From a plasmid: DNA of 64,000 bases. Positions 29,673 to 41,495 of the stretch are shown here, one piece after another. Where the stretch lies: the sequence record NZ_OX291475.1; one strand, given 5' to 3'. The position numbers and the translations under genes were made by a program. The first letter of the stretch is position 1. Each line of letters starts with the position of its first letter. Below the pieces are notes generated by a model. That model was given only the letters and a program-made list of their open reading frames with translations, made no database searches and was not told the origin of the DNA.

Positions 29673-30063
29673 CGGAGATCCCTCTTTCACAGTTGTCGTT
29701 ACGGTCTTCATCGTCGGCATCCTGACGCACGGCGGGCAATTGCTGGAGCAACGCCGGCAGCCATTCCTGTACCGTCTCCCACACCACATCGAGGTTGATG
29801 TCGAAATAGCCGTGAGCCATGCGATTACGCATATTGCGCATGCTGCGCCACGGCACGTCGGCATGCGCCTGGGTGAACTCGACGTAGCCATCCATCACCT
29901 TTGTGGCCGCCTCGCCGATGACGATCAGGCTCATGATGACGGCCTGCTGGGTGCGCTTGTCGGCCAAGAAGTCGTCCTTGGCCATCCCTTCCACGAAGCT
30001 GCGCGCATCGGTTGCGGCCTGCTGAATGTGGTCGAGGTAATCGGGCAGGCGGTTCTCGCTCAT
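29662..30063 (-). CDS. hepT: HepT-like HEPN ribonuclease toxin (DUF86)
   Basis: RNRMAHGY (Rx4HxY motif). 133 aa. Overlaps the mntA stop. Confidence 0.8.
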   Translation of the reverse strand: MSENRLPDYLDHIQQAATDARSFVEGMAKDDFLADKRTQQAVIMSLIVIGEAATKVMDGYVEFTQAHADVPWRSMRNMRNRMAHGYFDINLDVVWETVQEWLPALLQQLPAVRQDADDEDRNDNCERGISDDC

Positions 30064-30356
30064 ATCGGTTGCGCCTCCGCGAGCACCTTGGCCCGGAACT
30101 TCGGCGGCAGGTCGCCGGGAGTCAGCAGATCGACGTCAACGCCGAGCAGCGATTTCAGTTCTTCTTCCAAATCGCCCAAGTCCAACAACGTGGCACCGGG
30201 CAGCGCATCGACCAACAGGTCGAGGTCGCTGCCATCCCGGTCGGTGCCATGCAGCACCGAGCCGAAGACGCGCGGGTTCGCGGCGCGAAAGCGGCCTACC
30301 GCTTCACGCACTGCGCTTCGCTTCATGTCAAGCACAACAGACGGTCGCATGCGCAT
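30060..30356 (-). CDS. mntA: MntA-like minimal nucleotidyltransferase antitoxin
   Basis: GSVLHGTDRDGSDLDLLVD (GSx10DxD NTase motif). 98 aa. Confidence 0.8.
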   Translation of the reverse strand: MRMRPSVVLDMKRSAVREAVGRFRAANPRVFGSVLHGTDRDGSDLDLLVDALPGATLLDLGDLEEELKSLLGVDVDLLTPGDLPPKFRAKVLAEAQPI

Positions 30357-30508
30357 CCTTTCTTATCGAAACTCGTTGAGATGATATGCAATCAAGAATA
30401 GAATTTCAAGAACTATTTTCGAGAATCGCAATGCCTTGATTCCCGTGCCGCGCCGGTTGCCTTGGCGGGCTTGTCACAAACCTACGTTTTCAAGAAGAAG
30501 GAAACCGC

Positions 30509-33475
30509 ATGCCCCGCCGTTCGATCCTCTCCGCCGCCGAGCGCGAAAGCCTGCTGGCGTTGCCGGACACCAAGGATGAGTTGATCCGTCACTACACGTT
30601 CAGCGAAAGCGACCTCTCCATCATCCGGCAGCGGCGCGGCCCGGCCAATCGGCTGGGCTTCGCGGTGCAGCTCTGCTACCTGCGCTTTCCCGGCGTCATC
30701 CTTGGCGCTGATGAGCCACCGTTCCCGCCATTGCTGAGACTGGTCGCCAACCAGCTCAAGGTCGGCATCGAAAGCTGGGACGAGTACGGGCAGCGTGAGC
30801 AGACCCGACGCGAGCACCTGGTCGAGCTGCAAACGGTGTTCGGCTTCCAGCCGTTCACGATTGGCCACTACCGGCAGGCTGTCCAGTTGCTGACCGAGCT
30901 GGCCATGCAAACCGACAAGGGCATCGTGCTGGCCAGAGCCTTGATCGAGCACCTGCGGCGGCAGTCGGTCATTGTGCCCGCCCTCAACGCCGTCGAGCGG
31001 GCGAGCGCCGAAGCGATTACCCGCGCCAACCGGCGTCTCTACGACGCCTTGGCTGAGCCGCTGACGGACGTGCATCGCCGTCGCCTCGACGATCTGCTCA
31101 AGCGCCGCGACAACGGCAAGACGACGTGGCTGGCCTGGCTGCGGCAATCCCCGGTCAAACCGAACTCGCGGCACATGCTGGAACACATCGAACGCCTCAA
31201 GGCGTGGCAGGCGCTCGACCTGCCCTCCGGCATCGAGCGGCTGGTTCACCAGAACCGGCTGCTCAAGATCGCCCGCGAGGGCGGCCAGATGACGCCCGCC
31301 GACCTGGCGAAGTTCGAGCCGCAGCGGCGTTACGCGACCCTGGTGGCGCTCGCCATCGAGGGCATGGCCACCGTCACCGACGAAATCATCGACCTGCATG
31401 ACCGCATCCTGGGCAAGCTGTTCAATGCCGCCAAGAACAAGCATCAGCAGCAGTTCCAGGCATCCGGCAAGGCGATCAATGCCAAGGTGCGGCTGTTCGG
31501 GCGCATCGGCCAGGCGCTGATCGAGGCCAAGCAAGCGGGCCGCGATCCGTTCGCCGCCATCGAGGCCGTCATGTCCTGGGATGCTTTCGCCGAGAGCGTC
31601 ACCGAAGCGCAGCGGCTCGCGCAACCCGAGGACTTCGATTTCCTGCACCGCATCGGCGAGAGCTACGCCACGCTGCGCCGCTACGCGCCGGAATTTCTCG
31701 ACGTGCTCAAGTTGCGGGCCGCGCCCGCCGCCAAGGACGTACTCGACGCCATCGAGGTGCTGCGCAGCATGAACAGCGACAACGCCCGCAAGGTGCCCAC
31801 CGACGCGCCGACCGAGTTCATCAAGCCGCGCTGGCAGAAGCTGGTGATGACCGACACCGGCATCGACCGGCGCTACTACGAACTGTGCGCGCTGTCGGAG
31901 CTGAAGAACGCGCTGCGCTCCGGCGACATCTGGGTGCAAGGCTCGCGCCAGTTCAAGGACTTCGAGGACTACCTGGTGCCGCCCGCGAAATTCGCCAGCC
32001 TCAAGCAGGCCAGCGAATTGCCGCTGGCCGTGGCCACCGATTGCGACCAGTACCTGCATGACCGGCTGACGCTGCTGGAAACGCAGCTCGCCACCGTCAA
32101 CCGCATGGCGCTGGCCAACGAGCTGCCGGACGCCATCATCACGGAGTCGGGCCTGAAGATCACGCCGCTCGATGCGGCGGTGCCCGATACCGCACAGGCC
32201 CTGATCGACCAGACGGCGATGATCCTACCGCACGTCAAGATCACCGAATTGCTGCTGGAGGTAGACGAATGGACGGGCTTCACCCGGCACTTCGCCCACC
32301 TGAAGTCAGGCGACCTGGCCAAGGACAAAAACCTGTTGCTGACCACGATCCTCGCCGACGCGATCAACCTGGGCCTGACCAAGATGGCGGAATCGTGCCC
32401 CGGCACGACCTACGCCAAGCTGGCCTGGCTGCAAGCCTGGCACATCCGCGACGAAACCTACGGGGCGGCACTGGCCGAGCTGGTCAACGCGCAGTTCCGA
32501 CATCCCTTCGCCGGGCATTGGGGCGACGGCACCACGTCATCGTCGGACGGCCAGAACTTCCGCACCGGCAGCAAGGCCGAGAGCACCGGCCACATCAATC
32601 CGAAATACGGCAGCAGCCCAGGGCGGACGTTCTACACCCATATCTCCGACCAGTACGCGCCGTTCCACACCAAGGTCGTGAACGTCGGCGTGCGCGACTC
32701 GACCTACGTGCTCGACGGCCTGCTGTATCACGAATCCGACCTGCGGATCGAGGAGCACTACACCGACACGGCAGGGTTCACGGACCACGTCTTCGCGTTG
32801 ATGCACCTGCTGGGCTTCCGCTTCGCCCCGCGCATTCGTGACCTGGGCGACACCAAGCTCTACATCCCGAAGGGCGATGCCACCTACGAGGCGTTGAAAC
32901 CGATGATCGGCGGCACGCTCAACATCAAGCACGTCCGCGCCCATTGGGATGAAATCCTGCGGATGGCCACCTCGATCAAGCAGGGCACGGCGACGGCCTC
33001 GCTGATGCTCAGGAAGCTTGGCAGCTACCCGCGCCAGAACGGCCTGGCCGTCGCCCTGCGTGAGCTGGGACGCATCGAGCGCACACTGTTCATCCTGGAC
33101 TGGCTGCAAAGCGTCGAGCTGCGCCGCCGCGTGCATGCCGGGCTGAACAAAGGCGAGGCGCGCAACGCGCTGGCCCGCGCCGTGTTCTTCAACCGCCTGG
33201 GGGAAATCCGCGACCGCAGCTTCGAGCAGCAGCGCTACCGGGCCAGCGGCCTCAACCTGGTGACGGCGGCCATCGTGCTATGGAACACGGTCTATCTGGA
33301 GCGGGCCGCGAACGCCTTGCGTGGCCACGGTCAAGCCGTCGATGACGGCCTGTTGCAGTACCTGTCGCCGCTCGGCTGGGAGCACATCAACCTGACCGGC
33401 GATTACCTCTGGCGCAGCAGCGCCAAGATCGGCGCGGGCAAGTTCAGGCCGCTACGGCCGCTGCAACCGGCTTAG
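30509..33475 (+). CDS. tnpA: Tn3-family transposase TnpA (intact) of nested transposon
   Basis: 988 aa with DDE-region motifs. Stop TAG lies inside the IR, as in Tn21-subfamily elements. Confidence 0.9.
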   Translation: MPRRSILSAAERESLLALPDTKDELIRHYTFSESDLSIIRQRRGPANRLGFAVQLCYLRFPGVILGADEPPFPPLLRLVANQLKVGIESWDEYGQREQTRREHLVELQTVFGFQPFTIGHYRQAVQLLTELAMQTDKGIVLARALIEHLRRQSVIVPALNAVERASAEAITRANRRLYDALAEPLTDVHRRRLDDLLKRRDNGKTTWLAWLRQSPVKPNSRHMLEHIERLKAWQALDLPSGIERLVHQNRLLKIAREGGQMTPADLAKFEPQRRYATLVALAIEGMATVTDEIIDLHDRILGKLFNAAKNKHQQQFQASGKAINAKVRLFGRIGQALIEAKQAGRDPFAAIEAVMSWDAFAESVTEAQRLAQPEDFDFLHRIGESYATLRRYAPEFLDVLKLRAAPAAKDVLDAIEVLRSMNSDNARKVPTDAPTEFIKPRWQKLVMTDTGIDRRYYELCALSELKNALRSGDIWVQGSRQFKDFEDYLVPPAKFASLKQASELPLAVATDCDQYLHDRLTLLETQLATVNRMALANELPDAIITESGLKITPLDAAVPDTAQALIDQTAMILPHVKITELLLEVDEWTGFTRHFAHLKSGDLAKDKNLLLTTILADAINLGLTKMAESCPGTTYAKLAWLQAWHIRDETYGAALAELVNAQFRHPFAGHWGDGTTSSSDGQNFRTGSKAESTGHINPKYGSSPGRTFYTHISDQYAPFHTKVVNVGVRDSTYVLDGLLYHESDLRIEEHYTDTAGFTDHVFALMHLLGFRFAPRIRDLGDTKLYIPKGDATYEALKPMIGGTLNIKHVRAHWDEILRMATSIKQGTATASLMLRKLGSYPRQNGLAVALRELGRIERTLFILDWLQSVELRRRVHAGLNKGEARNALARAVFFNRLGEIRDRSFEQQRYRASGLNLVTAAIVLWNTVYLERAANALRGHGQAVDDGLLQYLSPLGWEHINLTGDYLWRSSAKIGAGKFRPLRPLQPA

Positions 33476-33486
33476 CGTGCTTTATT

Positions 33487-34813
33487 TAATGAGATGGTCA
33501 CTCCCTCCTTCCCGGTACTATGCTGAGGACAGGCTTTCATTCGGAGAACTATCATGGAAAACATTGCGCTCATTGGTATCGATCTGGGTAAAAACTCTTT
33601 CCATATTCATTGCCAGGATCGTCGCGGGAAGGCTGTTTACCGTAAAAAATTTACCCGGCCAAAGTTGATCGAATTTTTGGCGACATGCCCCGCTACAACC
33701 ATCGCAATGGAAGCCTGTGGCGGTTCTCACTTTATGGCACGCAAGTTGGAAGAGTTGGGGCATTCCCCAAAGCTGATATCACCACAATTTGTCCGCCCGT
33801 TCGTTAAAAGCAATAAAAACGACTTTGTCGACGCCGAAGCTATTTGTGAAGCTGCATCGCGTCCGTCTATGCGTTTTGTGCAGCCCAGAACGGAATCTCA
33901 GCAGGCAATGCGGGCTCTGCATCGTGTCCGTGAATCCCTGGTTCAGGATAAGGTAAAAACAACCAATCAAATGCATGCTTTTCTGCTGGAATTTGGCATT
34001 AGCGTTCCCCGAGGAGCTGCCGTTATTAGCCGACTGAGTACCATTCTTGAGGATAATAGTTTGCCTCTTTACCTCAGCCAGTTATTGCTGAAATTACAAC
34101 AGCATTATCACTATCTTGTTGAGCAGATTAAAGATTTGGAATCCCAGTTGAAACGAAAGTTGGACGAAGATGAGGTTGGACAGCGCTTGCTGAGCATTCC
34201 CTGCGTCGGAACACTGACAGCGAGTACTATTTCAACTGAGATTGGCGACGGGAAGCAGTACGCCAGCAGCCGTGACTTTGCGGCGGCAACAGGGCTTGTA
34301 CCTCGGCAGTACAGCACGGGAGGTAGGACGACATTGCTGGGAATTAGTAAGCGAGGTAATAAAAAGATCCGAACTTTGTTGGTTCAATGTGCCAGGGTAT
34401 TCATACAAAAACTGGAACACCAGTCTGGCAAATTGGCCGATTGGGTCAGGGATTTACTGTGCCGGAAAAGCAACTTTGTCGTCACTTGTGCTCTGGCAAA
34501 CAAGCTGGCCAGAATAGCCTGGGCCCTAACGGCACGACAGCAAACTTATGTAGCATAACGGCAGAAATACACCGGTTTAAAGAATTACTGATCTGGTTTT
34601 GCGAATACTGATATTGATGATACTAACGGCCCACCGGCCTGTTGAGGAACCTGTAAAACGGAAAGGCTCATTGAAGCCGTATATTTTCTGGAGGTTCATC
34701 AGGCGCGGAACTCATCAAGGCGCGGGAATAAAATCCCATTCAGACGCCGGATAGATTCAAGCAAGCCAACTTGTCGTCAAAATCGGTGTTGCAAAAACGG
34801 GAGTGACCATAGA
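33487..34813 (+). mobile_element. IS5075/IS4321-like element, copy B (1327 bp), in the right IR of the nested transposon
   Basis: Same IR position as copy A, inverted orientation. Identical transposase at 33554..34558. Confidence 0.8.
33554..34558 (+). CDS. IS5075-like IS110-family transposase
   Basis: Identical to 26236..27240. Confidence 0.85.
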   Translation: MENIALIGIDLGKNSFHIHCQDRRGKAVYRKKFTRPKLIEFLATCPATTIAMEACGGSHFMARKLEELGHSPKLISPQFVRPFVKSNKNDFVDAEAICEAASRPSMRFVQPRTESQQAMRALHRVRESLVQDKVKTTNQMHAFLLEFGISVPRGAAVISRLSTILEDNSLPLYLSQLLLKLQQHYHYLVEQIKDLESQLKRKLDEDEVGQRLLSIPCVGTLTASTISTEIGDGKQYASSRDFAAATGLVPRQYSTGGRTTLLGISKRGNKKIRTLLVQCARVFIQKLEHQSGKLADWVRDLLCRKSNFVVTCALANKLARIAWALTARQQTYVA

Positions 34814-34835
34814 TTCCGTTTTCTGAGACGACCCC

Positions 34836-35276
34836 CAGTAGTTCTTCGGCCAGGAGAATACCTTTATCGGTGCGCGTCGCCATCGGCAGCAGGTGTGTAA
34901 TACAGTCCTGCTGTATTTTGCCGGTGAACGCTTTTAAGCCAAGATAGCGGTACAGTTCGGTTAAATGTTCGCGTCGCGTGGTTTCCCTGCCGGAAAGGTA
35001 AGCTGGCCAGAGATCCCCGGTAAGTTTTAGCCTGCTGGCGATATGCTTCAGCAGCGCATCAGAGGGAGGGATTTTTTTATCCGGGGTAAAGCCGACATTT
35101 TTCAGATAGCAAAGAAGGACGGCAAAACCAAAACGGCTGGCAGGTTTACGGTGGGCACTGATAAGTGCCAGATCATGTTCACTGAAATACGCCATCCGGG
35201 TCAGCGTTAACTCTTCGTCCGGTAATGCCAGTAATGATTCTCTTTCCGACAGAGAAAGAATCTGCCTCCTTGCCAT
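34836..35276 (-). pseudogene. tnpA: tnpA of the outer transposon, N-terminal ~147 codons
   Basis: [22 protein letters not shown].. parallels the N-terminus [20 protein letters not shown] of the intact TnpA. The ORF reads through into the nested IR. Confidence 0.75.
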
Positions 35277-35289
35277 ATAGTTTCCCTCG

Positions 35290-35440
35290 TAAATTATCCG
35301 ATGCGGTATTTTTAACAGAAATGCTTATCGCATAAGGGTACACCCTGACGCCATATTCAAAACGTGACGGCACACGATGAATGACATAACCTATATGCGA
35401 TAGATTAAATGCAATAACTTAAATGCGATAACGTGGTGGA
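35290..35440. promoter_or_regulatory. res site of the outer transposon (between divergent tnpA and tnpR)
   Basis: Three imperfect palindromic TGCGATA / TATCGCA subsites (TTATCGCATAAG, TATGCGATAGA, AATGCGATAACG). Confidence 0.55.
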
Positions 35441-35443
35441 AAA

Positions 35444-36079
35444 ATGTTCATCAGAGCTTATTTAAGGGCATCGACGGAAGATCAGTTCGCCGATCGGGCA
35501 AAAGAGATGCTGGAGCAGTTTGTTCAGGAGCGGGGACATAAAATAGCCAGTTACTACCGGGAGAACATCAGCGGTACAAAACTTGACCGCCCGGAACTGG
35601 GGCGCTTACTGATGGACAGTCACCGCAATGATATTTTACTGGTCGAGCAGATAGACCGTCTGACCCGTCTGAGCAACAGCGACTGGATGACGCTGAAAAA
35701 GCAAATCGAGCAACACGAGCTGCGGATTGTCAGCCTCGATGTACCCACCTCATGGCAGGCGCTGTCAGATAAAGATCCTTCGCAGGCTGACCCAATCACC
35801 CGCGCCGTGATAACCGCCATCAATAATATGCTTATCGACCTGATGGCCTCGATGTCGCATAAGGACTGGCTGAGCCGCCGCCATCGGCAGAAGCAGGGAA
35901 TTGAACGGGCACATACGCTGGGAAAATACCGGGGCAAACAGGCCGATCAGGAACGACATAAGAAAGTTCTGTATTACCGACAGGTCAAGAAACTGAGCAT
36001 AAGAGAAACTGCTGAAGCCACCGGTTACAGCACATCTCAGGTCTGCAGGATTCAGGCCCTGTTCAGGCCTGAAAATTAA
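35444..36079 (+). CDS. tnpR: Serine resolvase TnpR of the outer transposon
   Basis: MFIRAYLRASTEDQ catalytic motif, C-terminal HTH (LSIRETAEATGYSTSQVCRI). 211 aa. Confidence 0.8.
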   Translation: MFIRAYLRASTEDQFADRAKEMLEQFVQERGHKIASYYRENISGTKLDRPELGRLLMDSHRNDILLVEQIDRLTRLSNSDWMTLKKQIEQHELRIVSLDVPTSWQALSDKDPSQADPITRAVITAINNMLIDLMASMSHKDWLSRRHRQKQGIERAHTLGKYRGKQADQERHKKVLYYRQVKKLSIRETAEATGYSTSQVCRIQALFRPEN

Positions 36080-36106
36080 GCACATTTTCTGAGGCTGGAA
36101 ATCAAC

Positions 36107-36958
36107 TCATGCTGACAGCCTGAGCCTGTTGGCATGGTAAGCAATGTGCTCACCAATAAAGCTGGAAATGAAATAATAGCTGTGGTCGTAACCAGTATGA
36201 TATCGGAATGATGTGTTGATGTTCATCTCGTTGCACACTCTTTCAAGACTTTTAGTGCGTAACTGATCTTCATAAAAGGCGTCACTTAATCCCTGGTCAA
36301 TAAAAATTTCTGGTAATTTCGCACCCTGTAAAATGAGACTGACGGGATCGTAGTGCTCCCACGTTTTTTTATTTTCACCCAGGTACGCGGTGAATGCCTG
36401 TTGTCCCCATGGCACCTGAGAAGGTGACACTATTGGTGAAAATGCCGATACACTCACATATTCATCAGGATTTCGCAGCGACAGAACCAGCGCTCCCAGC
36501 CCCCCCATGGAGTGACCGGATATTGATTTCCTTGATGTTACAGGTAAATGCTCCATGACAACATCCGGAAGCTCATGGAGAATATAGTCATACATCCTGT
36601 AATGCGTGTTCCACGGATGTTCCGTCGCGTTCAGATAAAATCCGGCACCCTGGCCCAGATCGTAGCTGTCAGCATCTGCGACATGCTCTCCACGGGGACT
36701 GGTATCAGGAACAACGACGATGATGTTGTTCCTGGCGGCATAATGCTGCATACCCGATTTGGTGATGAAATTCTGCTCCGTACAGGTCAGACCCGAGAGC
36801 CAGTACAGGACCGGCAGTTTTTCTGTTGCTGCTTTGGGGGGAAGATAAACACCGAAATTCATCCCACAATTAAGTGTTTGTGAATTATGGCGGTATACGT
36901 TTTGCCAGCCGCCAGCGCTGGCATGCTGCTCGATGAGTTCCATCAGCCTCTGTCTCAT
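36107..36958 (-). CDS. frmB: S-formylglutathione hydrolase (esterase D family)
   Basis: 283 aa. GHSMGG nucleophile elbow. Collinear with FrmB/YeiG. Confidence 0.8.
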   Translation of the reverse strand: MRQRLMELIEQHASAGGWQNVYRHNSQTLNCGMNFGVYLPPKAATEKLPVLYWLSGLTCTEQNFITKSGMQHYAARNNIIVVVPDTSPRGEHVADADSYDLGQGAGFYLNATEHPWNTHYRMYDYILHELPDVVMEHLPVTSRKSISGHSMGGLGALVLSLRNPDEYVSVSAFSPIVSPSQVPWGQQAFTAYLGENKKTWEHYDPVSLILQGAKLPEIFIDQGLSDAFYEDQLRTKSLERVCNEMNINTSFRYHTGYDHSYYFISSFIGEHIAYHANRLRLSA

Positions 36959-37008
36959 GGTTATTTCCCCTGACAGGGAGTCAGGGGAAGTCTCTTTATA
37001 GCCGGACG

Positions 37009-37407
37009 TCAGATGAACGTATAAGCCGTGATTTTGTTACCCGCAGGGTCTCGCAGGTAGGCTGCATAGGCTCCAGGGAGATGGCTGCGCGGGCCAGGCT
37101 GACCTTCATCTTTCCCTCCGGCGGCAAGGCCCGCGGCGTGGAAAGCATCAACTTCTTCCGGACTTGCAGCTGCAAAGCCGACAGTAACGCCGTTGGCCGA
37201 TGGCGCTTCACCGTTGCCCGGATGTGCAATAATAAAGGCTGGCTTTTCGCGACCATAAAGTACCCAGCCATTGCCAAACGGGCCGAGGTTATTGATGCCA
37301 AGCGTACCGAGGACAGCATCGTAAAAATCAGCGGATTTTTCAACATCGGATGCACCGATGAAGACGTGGGAAAAAACGTCATTACCAGAAATTACAGGTG
37401 TTGCCAT
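37009..37407 (-). CDS. VOC (glyoxalase/bleomycin-resistance fold) family protein
   Basis: 132-aa ORF in the frm operon. Composition and size fit the VOC family. Weak call. Confidence 0.45.
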   Translation of the reverse strand: MATPVISGNDVFSHVFIGASDVEKSADFYDAVLGTLGINNLGPFGNGWVLYGREKPAFIIAHPGNGEAPSANGVTVGFAAASPEEVDAFHAAGLAAGGKDEGQPGPRSHLPGAYAAYLRDPAGNKITAYTFI

Positions 37408-37448
37408 GATCCATTTCCTTCAGTTGGTTTGACTCAGTTAAGACGCTA

Positions 37449-38588
<1,140 letters not shown>

Positions 38589-38864
38589 CTATTTAAGATA
38601 GGCGCGAACCAGTTCAATCGTATCGTCAACGGATTTACTGATTTCATGGCTGTAGCTGTCATTCTGGTCAAAGGTTTCCCGTATGTGGCTCTCGAGCACC
38701 TCTGCCATAAGACCGTTAGCTGCTCCGCGAACGGCAGCTATCTGCTGAAGAATGGAACGGCATTCAGCACCATTTTCCAGCGCTCTTTCCAGAGCATCAA
38801 TCTGACCCCGAATGCGGCGAACACGGGTAAGGACCTTTTTTTTCTCTTCAGGAGTACTGGGCAT
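38589..38864 (-). CDS. frmR: FrmR formaldehyde-responsive repressor (CsoR/RcnR family)
   Basis: 91 aa. [14 protein letters not shown] four-helix-bundle signature. Begins [11 protein letters not shown]. Confidence 0.85.
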   Translation of the reverse strand: MPSTPEEKKKVLTRVRRIRGQIDALERALENGAECRSILQQIAAVRGAANGLMAEVLESHIRETFDQNDSYSHEISKSVDDTIELVRAYLK

Positions 38865-38887
38865 TATTTACCTCACCATTTTTGATT

Positions 38888-38940
38888 TTATATACTATAG
38901 TGGAGTATATAATTATCGTCAATGCATACTCCACTATAGT
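38888..38940. promoter_or_regulatory. frm promoter/operator with two inverted ATACTATAGTGGAGTAT elements
   Basis: TATACTATAGTGGAGTATATA and ATACTCCACTATAGTATA palindromic pair immediately upstream of frmR. Confidence 0.6.
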
Positions 38941-39130
38941 ATAACTAAGAATAAACATAACTACCTTTATTTACGATATAAATCATATATTTATATTATT
39001 TTTGGCTGTGATACTGTCGGAAGGAAAGTTACTACAAAAATGATATCTACCGATACGGGATTTGGGGCATAGGCGGTTCTGTTAAATTTCGCCAGATATT
39101 GGCTCATCATTGATGGTCAAAAAATGAGCC

Positions 39131-40511
39131 TAACGAATGGAAGGGACTTCCCCTGATTATGTGCCTGATTAACTCTTGTGCAATCATGGGGTAAACACAA
39201 CCCCGGAGGGATTCGTTATGACCATTACTACTGTCGGTATCGATCTTGCTAAAAATGTGTTCGCTGTTCATTGCGTTGACCAGAATGGCAAAACCGTTCT
39301 GGTTAAATCCAGAGTAACCCGCGCAGCTCTTCCCGGGCTGATTGCTGGTTTGCCGCCCTGTGTTATCGGGATGGAGGCGTGCTCCGGGGCTCATTACTGG
39401 GCAAGACTGTTTCGGCAGTATGGTCATGAGCCGCGTCTGATGGCCGCTAAATTTGTATCGCCTTACCGCATGGCTGGTAAATCAGGGAAAAATGATGCAG
39501 CTGATGCTCAGGCTATCTGCGAGGCGGTTCGTCGCCCACATATGCGGTTTGTGCCGGTTAAGGATGAGAGCCAGCAGGCAATGCAGTGTCTGCATCGTAC
39601 CCGACAGGGTTTTATCGAAGAGAAAACAGCAACATATAATCGTCTCCGGGGGTTGATATCTGAATTCGGCGTTATCGCCCCACAAAGTACAGATGCCCTG
39701 CGCCACATAGTTTTTGAGCAGAAGAATTCTTTACCACTTCAGGTTCAGCAATGTGTTGATGATTTGCTGGAGCACGTTGCTCGCATTGAAGATAACATCG
39801 CTGAATATGACCGAATTTTGTCCCGCATGGCCAAAACAGATCATCGCAGTCAGCGGCTGATGGAATTGAAGGGCGTTGGCCCCACAACGGCCTGTGCGCT
39901 GGTCGCCAGTATCGGTAATGCACATGATTTTAAGAATGGGCGCCAGCTGGCAGCCTGGCTGGGACTGACACCATCGCAGTACAGCAGCGGCGGAAAGTCG
40001 AAGCTTGGCAGGATAACGAAAGCTGGCGATTCGTATCTGAGAACACTTCTGGTTCAGGGTGCCCGCTCGGTACTGATCGGGGCGGAGAAAAGGACTGATT
40101 TATTCAGTCGTTGGGTCTGCTCACTGGTCGAACGCAGAGGATACTGGCGCGCTGTTGTTGCCATCGCTGCCAAAAATGCAAGACTGTGCTGGGCATCATT
40201 GCATTACGGTGATGATTTCAGGTTGTACTCAGCCAGCTAAAGTACAAAGCTGTATGACCATCTGTTCTGCAACTCGTTGATGATAAAGGGTTAGACCCCG
40301 TGAGGTATATCTGCTTATTGTACAGGGCAAGTGTACCCGACTAACGAACTAGAGCCTCACGAGCGTCTTTCATCAGGGTCCGAATCGATGACGATTCATC
40401 ATGACCGTTTATAGTACCGCAGTCTCTCCCCTTTATTTTTTTACTATAGTGCAGACAGAAACCGTAAACACCGGCGTTGACATGCCGGGGAAGCCCTTAT
40501 AGTACAATAAT
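39131..40511 (+). mobile_element. IS110-family IS, copy 2 (1381 bp), inside the right IR of the outer transposon
   Basis: Identical to copy 1. Inner IR remnant GGTCAAAAAATGAGCC (39115-39130) and outer 22 nt at 40512-40533. Transposase at 39176..40240 (TTG start). Confidence 0.7.
39176..40240 (+). CDS. IS110-family transposase (identical to 22310..23374)
   Basis: 354 aa identical protein. Confidence 0.85.
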   Translation: MCNHGVNTTPEGFVMTITTVGIDLAKNVFAVHCVDQNGKTVLVKSRVTRAALPGLIAGLPPCVIGMEACSGAHYWARLFRQYGHEPRLMAAKFVSPYRMAGKSGKNDAADAQAICEAVRRPHMRFVPVKDESQQAMQCLHRTRQGFIEEKTATYNRLRGLISEFGVIAPQSTDALRHIVFEQKNSLPLQVQQCVDDLLEHVARIEDNIAEYDRILSRMAKTDHRSQRLMELKGVGPTTACALVASIGNAHDFKNGRQLAAWLGLTPSQYSSGGKSKLGRITKAGDSYLRTLLVQGARSVLIGAEKRTDLFSRWVCSLVERRGYWRAVVAIAAKNARLCWASLHYGDDFRLYSAS

Positions 40512-40533
40512 TTTCGATATCCAAACTGACCCC

Positions 40534-40866
40534 ATGCTGGCCACGCAAGATACCCGCGACATCGTTGCGGCGGCTGAGAAAGCCCTCGATGCCATCTGGC
40601 GTGACGGTTTTCGCTATCAGAAAGCGGGCATTATGCTGAACGATTTCTGCGACAAGTCAGGCCAGATCGACCTATTCGACGAACAGCCACCGCGCGCCGG
40701 CAGTGAACAGCTGATGAAGGTTATCGATGGCATAAACCAGTCCGGGTTGGGGAAAGTTTGGTTTGCTGGCCAAGGGATCAATAAAGCCTGGACAATGCGT
40801 CGCGAACTGTTATCCCCTTGTTACACAACGCGCCTGCAAGATATACCGGTAGCAAGGTTGGCTTAA
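40534..40866 (+). pseudogene. umuC: umuC 3' portion
   Basis: ..ATQDTRDIVAAAEKALDAIWRDGFRYQKAGIMLNDF...LSPCYTTRLQDI is collinear with the E. coli UmuC C-terminus. Continues the frame of 21082-22016 across the transposon. Confidence 0.85.
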
Positions 40867-40939
40867 AATATGGGATGGTTATGAACGACGTTGGTCCGAA
40901 CGCCAAATGAAAGGATCCATTAGGATCCTCTGCCTCCCT

Positions 40940-41010
40940 CCACCCTGCTAAGACTGGTCTTTTTTCGAAGCTAGACGCACCACATCAGCTTAGATCGCAA
41001 CGAGCCGTTG
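40940..41010. repeat. ~65-bp element (CCTGCTAAGACTGGTCTTTTTTCG ... TAGATCGCAACGAGCCGTTGCGA), copy 1
   Basis: Second copy at 43455-43530. Contains an 8-bp-stem hairpin TCGCAACG-NGC-CGTTGCGA. Confidence 0.5.
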
Positions 41011-41282
41011 CGATACCCATCTTATAGACAAAAGAGCTACCTTAGCTTTTGACCTGATGACTAACGACCCTAGTGCTTCATTTTTTACGTCGGGACCCGC
41101 CGGGAACCCGGTGGGGGCTACTGCAGTTTGTATCGCATAAACTTTAGGTGTTTCCCATAATTGAGTTATCCACATATCTACAGGATTGTTTTTTAAATCC
41201 TTTTTTTTGTTTTTTAAAACATTTTAAAAGCTTTTTAGACAACACGTGAGCCCTTTCTTGGTGCGGCCTTCAGCCCTGTCAA

Positions 41283-41430
41283 TATGGGATATACCAAAAC
41301 TAACTATGGGCGAAACCTAAAGTTACTATGGGTAATGCCCCAAGTTGTTATGGGAAATAGCTAAAGAACGTATGGGAAATAGCTAAAGTTAGTTCTTTCT
41401 GTGAACCCGTATGGGAAACAACATAAGTTT
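41283..41430. repeat. Iterons (~21-22-bp spacing, core CTATGGG(A/T/C)AA) upstream of the Rep_3 rep gene
   Basis: At least 7 direct repeats of TATGGGAAA-type units, plus an isolated inverted copy at ~41150. Confidence 0.75.
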
Positions 41431-41495
41431 GCCTTGACCACATCATCTAGCTGATGCAACTATGGGTACATTACAAACAACCCATAGATAGTTAT

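Larger units (their letters stand above)
25959..34835. mobile_element. Nested Tn21-subfamily (Tn3-family) transposon, 8.9 kb, with IS5075-like elements in both 38-bp IRs
   Basis: IR GGGGTCGTCTCAGAAAACGGAA|AATAAAGCACGCTAAG split at 25980/27308 and 33486/34814. 5-bp direct repeat CAGTA (25954-25958 and 34836-34840) inside the outer tnpA. Confidence 0.85.

Noticed and set aside
30482-32059. 525-aa ORF antisense to the nested tnpA, and similar long ORFs (31126-31401, 32269-32841, 32537-33136)
   Set aside because: GC-rich transposase DNA produces long open frames on the opposite strand. There are no motifs, and they lie fully inside a well-supported tnpA.
40477-40533. ORF-track start of the 40477..40866 ORF (MTCRGSPYSTIIFDIQTDP..)
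   Set aside because: The first 19 codons are translated from the transposon IR. The real coding sequence is the umuC 3' fragment starting at 40534.
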